DNA of 37,309 bases, from IMG/VR virus record IMGVR_UViG_3300045988_171288; one strand, given 5' to 3'. Positions within the stretch are counted from its first letter, which is position 1, and every line of letters begins with the position of its first letter. The DNA comes from a virus. A program made the position numbers and the translations under genes. Below, piece by piece: positions 24,060 to 33,362 of the stretch. The notes below the pieces were generated by a model. The model had not been told where the DNA came from, searched no databases, and saw nothing but the letters and a program-made list of their open reading frames with translations.

Positions 24060-24827
24060 TTATTCCTCCAAATTATTTTCTAAAAAAAAAGAATCTAATA
24101 CTTTAAGCTTTAACTTAAGTTCAGACTCTTTGTTTATTTTGTTATCTTTTTCATTTTTTTCAATAAAATCTTTTTCTTTTGATCCATAATTTTTAGTTGT
24201 ACCAGCTCTTGGCTGTGCAGGTACTGCAACTAAAGATAATTCATAAGCTTCTTTTGCACCATCTAATGTAAAATAACAAGTTTTTTTACCTTCTATAGTA
24301 TCATATTCTTTCCCCCAATAATGAGGGCAATATGTTTTAACATTATCAGTACCACAAATACTACAATAAGCATGTTTTGCTTTGCATCCAGTTGAGACTT
24401 CTTTTTTGATTCCACCTTTTATTTCAGAGATTAAATCTTCATTACTTGATGTTTTTATCATATATTGTTTTGTTATTAATTTTGTTGATACCTCTCCTGC
24501 ACCTGTCAATTTAGATGAATCTTGTATTAATTCGGTATCAAATATTCTAGCAACTTGATTGTCAGCAGTTCGTCTATGATCTTTTATAACAGTTTTTCCT
24601 ATATATAATTTTTTCAAGTCCTTTAAAGCATTCAAGTTAAATGGTTCAAAATTCCTATCGTCTAACTCATTATCTCCAACAATTGTTTTAAAAACAAATA
24701 CATCTTCTGCTGTTACAGGAGCTAGTGTAAATTTATTTATCTTCTTTAAATCTTCTTCTGTAACATCATGAGTTTCTACATTTGCTGCTTTAAAAATAAA
24801 TTCTTTTTTTATTTCTTCATCATCCAT
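24060..24827 (-). CDS. Prohead maturation protease (HK97/U35-like) with Cys-rich insertion
   Basis: VIKDHRR..VARIF, GGIKKEVSTGC and ELSLVAVPAQPRAG match the protease pattern. CSICG..CPH insert. Confidence 0.7.
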   Translation of the reverse strand: MDDEEIKKEFIFKAANVETHDVTEEDLKKINKFTLAPVTAEDVFVFKTIVGDNELDDRNFEPFNLNALKDLKKLYIGKTVIKDHRRTADNQVARIFDTELIQDSSKLTGAGEVSTKLITKQYMIKTSSNEDLISEIKGGIKKEVSTGCKAKHAYCSICGTDNVKTYCPHYWGKEYDTIEGKKTCYFTLDGAKEAYELSLVAVPAQPRAGTTKNYGSKEKDFIEKNEKDNKINKESELKLKLKVLDSFFLENNLEE

Positions 24828-26064
24828 TTGTACTATCTCCTTTCATATACTGTATCCCGGCTAATCTAACAGGTATACTAGCACCATTTCCTAATAATTC
24901 ATCTCCACCTTCTTTAGCTTCAAGATCTAACAAGGCTCTTGCTTCATTAGGTGTATATATAAAATTATTTACAGCAGAGCTTAAAGTCTCTATTTGTGTT
25001 TTTAAATCAGCTCTTAATATAACAGATATATTAAATTTAAAATGAAATCCTTGTTCTAACTCGTAAGAATCTAATAATTTATAACTTAATTCCTCTTCAT
25101 ATTGTTTTAAAATATATAGCAACGTATCAATATAAAAACTTAATTGCTGTGCTTCCGCACTTGCATAACTTGACTTAGTATAATCACCAATCTGATATGG
25201 CTTTATACCAAATGCACTTGCTATTTGCAAAGCACTATACTGTTTTAATTCTATAAATTGATTATCAGCTAATTTAATATTAAGTGGTGTAAATGTAGCA
25301 CCTAATGGCATAGGAATTATATTTCTTATACCTTCATTTTCAAGTTTACCCGTTGCATAATCTTCTATTCCAGCTATAAAAGTTTTTACATTTTCATCAC
25401 TTAAAGATCCTGTATACTGAACAACTGCTTTAGCTGTAAATCCATTATCATACATTTTATTTAATAAATCTTGAGATTTCAAATTTGATTGAATACTATT
25501 TTTTAGTTGATGCCTTACAGATAATCCCTTTATCCCATCAAATGTATTGCTTGTCTTAAAATGCAATATTTCCTCTGAACCAAACTTATAAAATTTAGTA
25601 CCACTTGAATATAAATAATATATATCTTTATTTTCACCTAATAATTTAGCATCATCATACCAAACTTCAATCTTACTATTATCTAAAATCCATAAATTTA
25701 AATTTTTACCAGCTCCATCTATAAGTACATATGCATTCCCAAAGTGATTACGATTATATTCAACTGTACTCCAAAATGTACCTGCAGTCATATATTTATT
25801 AGGTCTCTCTTTCAAAATTCTATATAATGGATGATCTCTTGCTGCTATCACTCCATGTCTATCAGTATACTTTAACAGTTTTAATGGAAGTTTACCTACA
25901 GACTCACTTAATACTTTTAAACATGCAAAATATGTAGCTTCACTTAGTTCTCCTTTACTTATATCTTTTAATCCTAAAAAATTCAAAAGTTCATTTAGCT
26001 CAATTTCTTGTGTTTTACCAGTAAATGCTTTATATGCATTCTTAAATCTTTTTATAATTGCCAT
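24820..26064 (-). CDS. Portal protein (HK97 family)
   Basis: 414 aa, immediately after terL. Confidence 0.85.
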   Translation of the reverse strand: MAIIKRFKNAYKAFTGKTQEIELNELLNFLGLKDISKGELSEATYFACLKVLSESVGKLPLKLLKYTDRHGVIAARDHPLYRILKERPNKYMTAGTFWSTVEYNRNHFGNAYVLIDGAGKNLNLWILDNSKIEVWYDDAKLLGENKDIYYLYSSGTKFYKFGSEEILHFKTSNTFDGIKGLSVRHQLKNSIQSNLKSQDLLNKMYDNGFTAKAVVQYTGSLSDENVKTFIAGIEDYATGKLENEGIRNIIPMPLGATFTPLNIKLADNQFIELKQYSALQIASAFGIKPYQIGDYTKSSYASAEAQQLSFYIDTLLYILKQYEEELSYKLLDSYELEQGFHFKFNISVILRADLKTQIETLSSAVNNFIYTPNEARALLDLEAKEGGDELLGNGASIPVRLAGIQYMKGDSTNG

Positions 26065-26084
26065 ATTTCACCACCTTTCAAAAT

Positions 26085-27815
26085 TTATTTTTTCCATCCC
26101 ATTTTAGATAAGTAGTTATCAAGTTCTGACTTAACATTTACTACTTCTTTGCTTCTATTTTTCATCATAACAGTATGTGCATCTATAGCAGCATCAACAG
26201 GATCTATTCTTTTAAACTTAGCTCTTGGCTCTTTATCTACTTTCATTTCTCCAAATGAGTTTTTTACAATCTTAGCATTTGTAAAACTCCATGTAAGTAG
26301 TTCATTATTTTTGTCATATTCAACTTTTTTAGATTTTACAGCTAACTTAATATCCTCTGTTGCATCATGTAAAAATTTAGCTGATTGAGTTACTAATAAT
26401 ATAGGACATCCAAATGATTCTAATTCACTCATTATCCCATCGGCATTATGTGGATCTAACCCTATACCTAAAAATTGTAAATTATACTTTTCTTTTAATT
26501 CTTTTAAGTGTTTGATTATGAACATATAATCATTTTTATAATCTCCACTTCCACCTGTTACTGTAATTAATTTCATTTGTTCCCATAAATCGTATGGTGC
26601 TAAATCTGTTTCTATATGTTCTTCTAACCTGCCTCGTGGCATAAATGAATGACTATAAAAGTAATAATTTTCATCAGGTTCTTCAAATTCAAGACATAAA
26701 GTTGTTAAATCTCCTCCTGAACTTAAATCTAATCCAACCCAACAAGCTCTATTTCTAAAACTTTCAAGTGTTCTTTTACTTCCACACTCTTCCCATCTTG
26801 AAACATCTATGAATTGGTCATCATTATTTTGGACCCACATATTTAAGCATTTTATTAAAAAGTCTCTTAAATCGCTTCCTCCCATATCTCTAGCTGTATT
26901 TGCATCAATTCTAAGAGTTTCTAATCCTTGTTTTGTAGATGCTAAAAATGGATTTGCTTTTATCCAATTTTTTTCATCCCATATATCATCTTCTTTATCA
27001 AGACAATATATATCAACAAAAAAATCCTCCGCAGTAGTTATACCTCGAAGGATTTTTATACAATAATCATCCATTTCTTTGCAGAAACTATTTAATTTAT
27101 CACCTCTTGTAGTTATCATGCTTACTAAAGTTTCAGGAAGTGATCTTGTTCCATTATATATTGCTTTGTATATTTTATTATCTTTATGTTGATGTAGCTC
27201 ATCTATTGAGCTATATATAGATCTAAATCCATCGTCAAGACCAGCTTCTTTTGATAAAGCTTCTATAGTACAATTTGTTTTTAAGGCTGTTATTAAAGAT
27301 TTATAATCTTGAACTTTAAATAATACATCTAAATCATCATCTATTGTTATAAACTTAGCCATTTCCTCCCAAGCTAGTCTAGCTTGTCTTTTTTTAGTAG
27401 CAACAGTAAATAACTTACCAAACATATATCCTTCAAATCCAGCTACATATGTTCCAGTTATACCATTTTCAAAAGTTTTTCCATTTTGTCTAGCCATAGA
27501 TTTATATTTACGTCTAAATCTGCGTTTTCCATTCTCACACTTTCTCCATCCAAAAGGAACTGCTAAATCAAATGCTTGACAATCTAGTAATCTAACTGGT
27601 TTAGGTTCAGAGCCCTCCGCTATTATTAATGTTTCAGCATATTCAATTATTCTATTAGCTTTTTCAACATCCCAATAGTATGGAAACTCATCTGTATTTT
27701 GCTTTTTTAAGTCATTTAAATGTCTTTTACAAGCAAGTATATGTAATTCTCCAACTACATACTCTCCATCTATAACCCTTTTAGCATATTCCGTTACTCT
27801 ATCTCTCATTATCAC
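26085..27815 (-). CDS. terL: Terminase large subunit
   Basis: 576 aa. Position, size, and overlap with the terS stop codon. Confidence 0.9.
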   Translation of the reverse strand: MIMRDRVTEYAKRVIDGEYVVGELHILACKRHLNDLKKQNTDEFPYYWDVEKANRIIEYAETLIIAEGSEPKPVRLLDCQAFDLAVPFGWRKCENGKRRFRRKYKSMARQNGKTFENGITGTYVAGFEGYMFGKLFTVATKKRQARLAWEEMAKFITIDDDLDVLFKVQDYKSLITALKTNCTIEALSKEAGLDDGFRSIYSSIDELHQHKDNKIYKAIYNGTRSLPETLVSMITTRGDKLNSFCKEMDDYCIKILRGITTAEDFFVDIYCLDKEDDIWDEKNWIKANPFLASTKQGLETLRIDANTARDMGGSDLRDFLIKCLNMWVQNNDDQFIDVSRWEECGSKRTLESFRNRACWVGLDLSSGGDLTTLCLEFEEPDENYYFYSHSFMPRGRLEEHIETDLAPYDLWEQMKLITVTGGSGDYKNDYMFIIKHLKELKEKYNLQFLGIGLDPHNADGIMSELESFGCPILLVTQSAKFLHDATEDIKLAVKSKKVEYDKNNELLTWSFTNAKIVKNSFGEMKVDKEPRAKFKRIDPVDAAIDAHTVMMKNRSKEVVNVKSELDNYLSKMGWKK

Positions 27816-28276
27816 GCTCCAAATTTAGAAAATTTATTTTTCTTAGGTTCTTCAGGTGGTTTAGGAACTACTAATTTACATCTACTAGATATAGTTAAGC
27901 CTAAATCTATAGCATGACTTCTACATTGTTTTGCATGTCTATCTTCTAATATAGATAATTTATTATACTCTTCAAAATCAACCAAAGGATCAAGTTCTAT
28001 CAATTTATCTGAAACTTTAGTATAATTGCTAAATGCTCTTACATACATAGCTAATGAGTTACAATCTATATTCGCCATTATATCTAACTCAATTAATTCA
28101 TTTGCTATCTTTTTGAATTCTTTTTTTTCATCTTTTGTTAAATTTTTTGGTGGCTTTATATTATCAGATTTAGCTTTCACTTCTGAGTTTTTACGTTGCT
28201 CAATCTCAGCTTTTGTAAGGTGTTTATTACCTTTTGCTATAATTAATTCAATTGGTTGTCTTTGACCAGCCACCAT
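27812..28276 (-). CDS. terS: Terminase small subunit (P27-like)
   Basis: ATG at 28276 lies 4-5 nt after AGGAGGTG. The sequence KGNKHLTKAEIEQR..KKEFKKIANEL fits P27-type terS. Confidence 0.75.
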   Translation of the reverse strand: MVAGQRQPIELIIAKGNKHLTKAEIEQRKNSEVKAKSDNIKPPKNLTKDEKKEFKKIANELIELDIMANIDCNSLAMYVRAFSNYTKVSDKLIELDPLVDFEEYNKLSILEDRHAKQCRSHAIDLGLTISSRCKLVVPKPPEEPKKNKFSKFGA

Positions 28277-28437
28277 AAACACCTCCTTTTTTTTTAAATT
28301 TCTCCGTGGGGAGTTTTTTCTACAGAGAACTCCCCTTGTATCGTTATCCCCAAAATGCCTCATAGAATTTTACCCACCCCTACCCTTGTAGAGGCTACTT
28401 AGAGGCTTTATATTTTAAATTACGATACACTCCATTA
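28277..28437. other. Candidate cos / packaging recognition region
   Basis: Lies between HNH and terS and is locally GC-rich. Inverted repeat GGGGAGTT (28308-28315) / AACTCCCC (28328-28335). CCCTTGTA occurs twice and TAGAGGCT occurs twice, 11 bp apart. Confidence 0.4.
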
Positions 28438-28842
28438 TTAATACTTTCTTCGTCTTATATTCCTTTTAAATCGATTGTGCTCATTGTTATGACAGTCTAA
28501 ACATAACGCTTTTAGGTTGTTATAATCTAATCTTCTTTCCCATCCTTCATCTGTTTTTATAGGAATTTTGTGGTGTACTTCACTAGCTATAGCTCCACAT
28601 ACTTCACATTTATATCCTTTATCCGCCATATATTTTGGTGCTAATCTTATCTTCCAATCAGGACTATTATAAAAATTCGTGTATTTAGGATCTCTTTTCT
28701 TATTATATTTTTTATTAGCTTCTTTGCTATATTTTTTATTAACTTCTTCTTTTTCTTTATCTTTAATTTCTTTACAAACTTCACAATATGTATTAGGATA
28801 TTTAATTATTTTTTTACATCTTCTACACAATTTATCTAACAT
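28438..28842 (-). CDS. HNH endonuclease (terminase-associated)
   Basis: CEVCG...EVHHKIP...LCLDCHNNEH. N-terminal CxxC pairs. Confidence 0.85.
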   Translation of the reverse strand: MLDKLCRRCKKIIKYPNTYCEVCKEIKDKEKEEVNKKYSKEANKKYNKKRDPKYTNFYNSPDWKIRLAPKYMADKGYKCEVCGAIASEVHHKIPIKTDEGWERRLDYNNLKALCLDCHNNEHNRFKRNIRRRKY

Positions 28843-29135
28843 ACTTCAAATTTTTCTTCAAAATCATCAGATTTCATAGTTCTTATTCTATGCTTTTGAT
28901 TATGTGTCTCTTTTATTACATAATCACCTACCTCTACTTTCTGATACCCTTTAGTCCCTCTATCGAATATCAATAATACAGGTTCTTTATCATCTATATC
29001 ATTCATTGCTAATAGAGCTATATCTTCTTTTATTGCATCTTCTAGCCATTTATTATTATTTATTGTTTCTATCTTTTCATCCCATTTTACAGCTTCTATT
29101 ATTTCTGATTTTTTTCTATACTTCATCTTTATCAA
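28836..29135 (-). CDS. Hypothetical protein, first gene of the late block
   Basis: ORF in operon context. Confidence 0.6.
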   Translation of the reverse strand: MIKMKYRKKSEIIEAVKWDEKIETINNNKWLEDAIKEDIALLAMNDIDDKEPVLLIFDRGTKGYQKVEVGDYVIKETHNQKHRIRTMKSDDFEEKFEVC

Positions 29136-29206
29136 TCCTTTTATTTATATTTTTACAAAATAAAAAAACTAGATTTCTCTAGCCATAATATTTCTCCTAT
29201 TGCAAT

Positions 29207-29260
29207 AAAAAAGGCAAGTCAGTTTATTACAATATATAATCAACTTAACTTGCCTTTTTT
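29207..29260. terminator. Long hairpin terminator (bidirectional)
   Basis: AAAAAAGGCAAGT (29207-29219) / ACTTGCCTTTTTT (29248-29260). Confidence 0.6.
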
Positions 29261-29347
29261 ATTTAGCTTATTATTTTGTTATATCAGTTTTTTAAAGAGG
29301 TACATCTAATTATGCGTTTAGTGAATATCACATCTTTCGACACTACT

Positions 29348-29376
29348 ATATTACCTTATTTTTATATGTAGTTTCC
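29348..29376 (-). promoter_or_regulatory. Candidate activator-dependent promoter with a weak -35
   Basis: On the minus strand: GGAAAC (29376->29371), 17 nt, TAATAT (29353->29348). The repeat array abuts the -35. Confidence 0.3.
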
Positions 29377-29382
29377 AGTCCA

Positions 29383-29437
29383 TTTTTTCGTCATTTTTCC
29401 GTCACTTTTTCGTCATTTTTTCGTCATTTTTCCGTCA
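29383..29437. repeat. Five exact-phase 11-bp tandem repeats TTTTT(T/C)CGTCA
   Basis: Units at 29383, 29394, 29405, 29416 and 29427. On the minus strand the unit reads TGACG(G/A)AAAAA. Confidence 0.9.
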
Positions 29438-29444
29438 TATTTAG

Positions 29445-29912
29445 CTACTTTTTTACTGATTCCATTCCATATTTCATAAAAGCTATTTCTTTTAATGCCC
29501 AGCGTTCATATCTTCTAACTGTACTTTCTGTTAGATTTAATTTTTCTGCTACAAATTCATATGCTTCAAATTTATTATATCTATTATTATAAACATATCT
29601 AGTTTCAATAACTTTCTTTGATACATCCTCTAATCTATCTAATATGTTTTCAAATCGCTCCCTATCACTTTCTAAATCTTCTATTTCATTAGATAGTTTT
29701 TCAATTTCTTGTTCTCTTTCTAAAATTAAATCATCTATGCCTTTTATATTTCTTGTTGTACTATTACCTGTCAGTCCTCTAGCTCTTCTACCTTCTAAGT
29801 CTTTACTTAGGATCTCTAAGTCTTTTTTTAGTGCATCTAGTCTTTTAACCTTATTGCCCTCTTCTTCAACATATATCATTGCTTTTGCTATGTAGTCATT
29901 TTTAATATCCAT
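29445..29912 (-). CDS. ArpU/RinA-like late transcription regulator (sigma-70 region-4-like C-terminus)
   Basis: C-terminus VIETRYVYNN..FVAEKLNLTESTVRRYERWALKEIA. It is the last early gene before the packaging genes. Confidence 0.6.
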   Translation of the reverse strand: MDIKNDYIAKAMIYVEEEGNKVKRLDALKKDLEILSKDLEGRRARGLTGNSTTRNIKGIDDLILEREQEIEKLSNEIEDLESDRERFENILDRLEDVSKKVIETRYVYNNRYNKFEAYEFVAEKLNLTESTVRRYERWALKEIAFMKYGMESVKK

Positions 29913-29934
29913 CAAACGTTCCCCCTTTAAGTTG

Positions 29935-30294
29935 TTATAATTTAATATATTTTTCTATCGTTTCTTTAGCTTCTTCAAATCCATTACAGACTACAGCTTT
30001 ATATCCTTGCTCATTCAGTTTATTAATCCATTCTCTTTGTGTTCTTCCGTTTCCATATTTCATTTCTATATATAAACCATGATAATTTCTTCGAGGAACT
30101 GGAAGGCATAAGTCAGGAACTCCCTTTTTTAAACCTTCTCTTTTCAGCTTCTTACCTTGATAATTACTTCTTTTACCTTCGTTAGGTATATGATATATAA
30201 GTGATAGCTCTGGATATATGCAGACATTTATATTACACCAGTCTATTAATGCCATTTGTTCTGTAGATTCGCTTCTTTTCATATTTCTATACAT
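29935..30294 (-). CDS. VRR-NUC domain nuclease
   Basis: GVPDLCLPVP...GLYIEMKYGNGRTQREW pattern. Confidence 0.7.
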   Translation of the reverse strand: MYRNMKRSESTEQMALIDWCNINVCIYPELSLIYHIPNEGKRSNYQGKKLKREGLKKGVPDLCLPVPRRNYHGLYIEMKYGNGRTQREWINKLNEQGYKAVVCNGFEEAKETIEKYIKL

Positions 30295-30296
30295 TT

Positions 30297-30521
30297 TTAA
30301 TATTCTACCTTTTCTATTTTTAAGAATCTAAATTCTTCATTTATTTTTTCTACTTCTATCTTACAACTTCCTAAAATTTTGCCTAGTTCATGACAGAACT
30401 CTGTTCTATTCTTTTCTAATTCTTCAAATTCATCTATATTTATACTCATACTTACACATATGAATTCTTGTTCTTTATATTGTTTTATGCAATTTAAGAT
30501 ATTTTCTAATTTTATGTTCAT
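30297..30521 (-). CDS. Hypothetical protein
   Basis: ORF packed within the operon. Confidence 0.55.
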   Translation of the reverse strand: MNIKLENILNCIKQYKEQEFICVSMSINIDEFEELEKNRTEFCHELGKILGSCKIEVEKINEEFRFLKIEKVEY

Positions 30522-30566
30522 TTTCTTTCTCCATTTTTGTACCTACTAGGAATATGTTGATTTTAA

Positions 30567-30716
30567 TTATTTATTTAATAGGTGAGTTATGCAGATCTGT
30601 ATCATGCCTACTAATATCCCTACGAAGTATGTTGAATGATCAAACCTTCTATTTATCTTAGTTAATATGCCTACACCTGCCATCGCCACTGCAAAATTTA
30701 TTATAAATTCAAGCAT
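30567..30716 (-). CDS. 49-aa two-TM peptide (weak RBS spacing)
   Basis: My own translation: MLEFIINFAVAMAGVGILTKINRRFDHSTYFVGILVGMIQICITHLLNK. AGGAGG lies about 14 nt upstream. Confidence 0.3.
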   Translation of the reverse strand: MLEFIINFAVAMAGVGILTKINRRFDHSTYFVGILVGMIQICITHLLNK

Positions 30717-30767
30717 AACTACTGTTCACTACCTCCTATTTCCATAAAAACTTTATTTTAATGACTT

Positions 30768-31013
30768 TTATTCATGATTAATTTTATTATAAATACTCAT
30801 AACATCTTTACCATCAATAAATCTTATAACATTGGTTGTTACTAAGGTTATTACTAATTCTTTTTTTTCATTAAATTTCATTTTATTACACTTAAACACT
30901 ATTTCATTATCTTTAGAAACATAAACATTTAAAACCTTATACATTTCCAAATTTTGTTTACAATAGTCAAATACTTGAACAATACAACCTATTTTTATAT
31001 CTTTGATATCCAT
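30768..31013 (-). CDS. Hypothetical protein
   Basis: ATG at 31013 lies 5 nt after GGAGG. Confidence 0.55.
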   Translation of the reverse strand: MDIKDIKIGCIVQVFDYCKQNLEMYKVLNVYVSKDNEIVFKCNKMKFNEKKELVITLVTTNVIRFIDGKDVMSIYNKINHE

Positions 31014-31067
31014 AACTTCCTCCAAATTTCATTAAAAGTTTTATTTTAATTAGAATTTTTATTTTGA

Positions 31068-31286
31068 TTAATAGTTTTCAATTTCTATATCGTCTAATAG
31101 TCCATATTCTTCAATCCAAGTTTTCAAAGTTTCAATCTCAATTATAACTTCTACTTCTTTTGCATTAGTATATGTACCATTTTCTTCATTTGAAAATGTT
31201 ACTTCATCTGCATCACTTATTAGAATTTTGTTTCCTATATCAAATCCTTGCATTTTTAAAAGTCCATTTTTTATCTCATAATTCAT
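31068..31286 (-). CDS. Hypothetical acidic protein
   Basis: ORF packed within the operon. Confidence 0.55.
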   Translation of the reverse strand: MNYEIKNGLLKMQGFDIGNKILISDADEVTFSNEENGTYTNAKEVEVIIEIETLKTWIEEYGLLDDIEIENY

Positions 31287-31345
31287 TTTAATTTCATCCT
31301 CAATTTCCTTTAAAATTTTGATTTTAATATTCTAAAACTCCTCTT

Positions 31346-31585
31346 TTAACTGTATACCTTATCTTTATCTATAACCAATAATCTTAACGCTAGTACACTT
31401 TCATGTGAGTTGTAATCTTCACCTTTATTACAGAATATAATCGTATAATCTATTTCTGTAATATACATACATGCAAATCTTTCAAATGCTTTATCTTTAT
31501 TTACAAAGTGTGATTTATCTTCACCTTCAATTTTTATACTATAATTCTCAAAGTTCGATATCCTTAAAAGCTCTTTTACTTGCAT
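31346..31585 (-). CDS. Hypothetical protein
   Basis: RBS GGAGGG upstream. Confidence 0.55.
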   Translation of the reverse strand: MQVKELLRISNFENYSIKIEGEDKSHFVNKDKAFERFACMYITEIDYTIIFCNKGEDYNSHESVLALRLLVIDKDKVYS

Positions 31586-31595
31586 AATAACCCTC

Positions 31596-31748
31596 CTATA
31601 AATTTCTAAGCCAACAACCGCATTTATTATCTATAACTTGCTGTCTACAATAGAAACATAATACTTTTCTTGTCCACCACAGTTTATTCATGTTTCTCCG
31701 TGAACTTCTTCCAGCTTCTTCAACATCACTTCTAAAATGGTATATCAT
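31596..31748 (-). CDS. Small Cys-rich ORF overlapping the ssb stop codon
   Basis: My own translation ends ..KVLCFYCRQQVIDNKCGCWLRNL. The start is uncertain (31748 or 31691). Confidence 0.3.
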   Translation of the reverse strand: MIYHFRSDVEEAGRSSRRNMNKLWWTRKVLCFYCRQQVIDNKCGCWLRNL

Positions 31749-32160
31749 TATCTTCTATGTATTCAAAATCATCAGGATTAAAACTAGGCTCAAATTTAGG
31801 GCCAAAGGAATCATTCTCTTGCTTACCTTCTTTTGATTTACCACTTTCTAATGACTTTATATTTTTAGCTACTACTATGAAATATTTTTTATTCTCATTG
31901 GTATTTTGGTCAATGTATTTATTTACTCTTACAGAACCTTGTATTGCTACTAATCTTCCTTTTGGTATATAGTTCACACAAAACTCTGCAGATTTTCCAA
32001 TAATTTGTACTGGTAAAAAGTCTGTTTCCTTATCTCCATTTTTATTTTTATATTCTCTATCTACTGCTAATGTAAAATTGGATACTGGTGTTCCTGTAGT
32101 TGGTATATATCTAAGTTCTGGATCTTTTGTTAATCTCCCTATTAGTACAATGTTATTCAT
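31732..32160 (-). CDS. ssb: Single-stranded DNA-binding protein
   Basis: NNIVLIGRLTKDPELRY OB-fold start and acidic C-terminal tail DNDIPF. Confidence 0.9.
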   Translation of the reverse strand: MNNIVLIGRLTKDPELRYIPTTGTPVSNFTLAVDREYKNKNGDKETDFLPVQIIGKSAEFCVNYIPKGRLVAIQGSVRVNKYIDQNTNENKKYFIVVAKNIKSLESGKSKEGKQENDSFGPKFEPSFNPDDFEYIEDNDIPF

Positions 32161-32161
32161 A

Positions 32162-32260
32162 TTACTTCTCCTTGCTTTTACGTTTTGATGTTTGATTAAG
32201 AACTTCTAATGGAATAAATACTATTGCAATTATCCCGAGTAAATATAATATTTGCATCAT
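32162..32260 (-). CDS. 32-aa membrane peptide
   Basis: My own translation: MMQILYLLGIIAIVFIPLEVLNQTSKRKSKEK. RBS AAGAGG. Confidence 0.4.
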   Translation of the reverse strand: MMQILYLLGIIAIVFIPLEVLNQTSKRKSKEK

Positions 32261-32275
32261 ATCCGCCTCTTTTAA

Positions 32276-32407
32276 TTAATTTTTTTTATTCATTAACGTT
32301 AGTTCTACTATAGCTTCTTGCCAAACTTCTTGAACCGTTTTATTATATTTCTTGGCTATACGTTCAGCTATTTCAAATAACATATCTGCTTCTTCTAATA
32401 TATTCAT
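32276..32407 (-). CDS. 43-aa hypothetical protein
   Basis: My own translation: MNILEEADMLFEIAERIAKKYNKTVQEVWQEAIVELTLMNKKN. Weak RBS. Confidence 0.35.
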   Translation of the reverse strand: MNILEEADMLFEIAERIAKKYNKTVQEVWQEAIVELTLMNKKN

Positions 32408-32434
32408 CTTTAATCATTATCCTTTCTTTTATTT

Positions 32435-33169
32435 TTAAATAGGTAATCGACTATTTATAAAATTTATTTGGTCCGATAGTGATATAGTCAATTTATATTT
32501 ATTAACTACATTTAGAGCATCATCTAAATATCTTCTTTTTATAGCTTTAAAACTGTTTACATCAAATTCTCTTTTTAATTGTCTATATATATCAGAGTAT
32601 ACTTTTGCTCTTAATGATTTATTTTTATATGCATTACTACCTTTTCCACCTAATGCATGAGTACCTACTTTTTTTACTAATTTAGTTATTTCTTCGCACT
32701 CAACAGCAAAGAGAGGTATATCATCTTTAAATTCATTTAAATCATCTTTTACTGAAGTTACTTCTTCTTGTACTGCTTGAATTTTCTTATCATGCATTAA
32801 TAGTGCTTTCATTTCTGTACTTAGATGCTTATAAGGATCCTGGTTAGCAAATCTATTTAATCTTAAATCTTTTAACAATGTCTTAACTTTCTTTTTGAAT
32901 TGTTTAGCGATTGGTTTTCTACTTTGCATCAGGACTTCATATAATCCATCTTCTGATAGAAACCACATTTCTCTATTTTGACCTGATACAAATAATGTTT
33001 GTATCAGCTTTTCATCTTCATCTACTTTCCTTAACATCATTGATACATCGCTATGTTCTATCCATTCTGCTACATCTTTTGCAAGAAATAATGGATTTTC
33101 CATATCTCCATATGTTTTAACTTGAAATCCTAATACTTCTCTTTCATCTATTACTTGTATTGCATTCAT
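32435..33169 (-). CDS. Antirepressor-like protein (Bro-N / ORF6N domain plus C-terminal domain)
   Basis: PLFLAKDVAEWIEHS...LSEDGLYEVLMQSRKPIAKQFKKKV matches Bro-N. ATG at 33169 follows AAGGGG. Confidence 0.7.
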   Translation of the reverse strand: MNAIQVIDEREVLGFQVKTYGDMENPLFLAKDVAEWIEHSDVSMMLRKVDEDEKLIQTLFVSGQNREMWFLSEDGLYEVLMQSRKPIAKQFKKKVKTLLKDLRLNRFANQDPYKHLSTEMKALLMHDKKIQAVQEEVTSVKDDLNEFKDDIPLFAVECEEITKLVKKVGTHALGGKGSNAYKNKSLRAKVYSDIYRQLKREFDVNSFKAIKRRYLDDALNVVNKYKLTISLSDQINFINSRLPI

Positions 33170-33362
33170 TTTTTGTCCCCTTGTATTCATTTAATTTTAT
33201 TATTTGTTGATTCAATATAAGATTATCCAACTCTTTGCTGCACTCAATAACTTTTGGGTGCGTAAGACCATACTTTTCGATTAACATATTCAATTTTATT
33301 CTCAACATTTTAATCTTTAAATTTTCCATGCTCTCATACTTCCTTATTTTTTCTTGAGTCAT
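33144..33362 (-). CDS. Spo0E-like aspartyl-phosphate phosphatase family protein
   Basis: IKMLRIKLNMLIEKYGLTHPKVIECSKELDNLILNQ matches the Spo0E signature (..SQELD.LI..). Confidence 0.6.
   Translation of the reverse strand: MTQEKIRKYESMENLKIKMLRIKLNMLIEKYGLTHPKVIECSKELDNLILNQQIIKLNEYKGTKNECNTSNR

Noticed and set aside
29161-29183. Second terminator (CTAGA/TCTAG plus T7) and the 5-codon ORF MAREI with RBS AGGAGA just upstream of it
   Set aside because: The stem is only 5 bp and the mini-ORF is too short to support as a gene. It is mentioned only as part of the late-leader finding.
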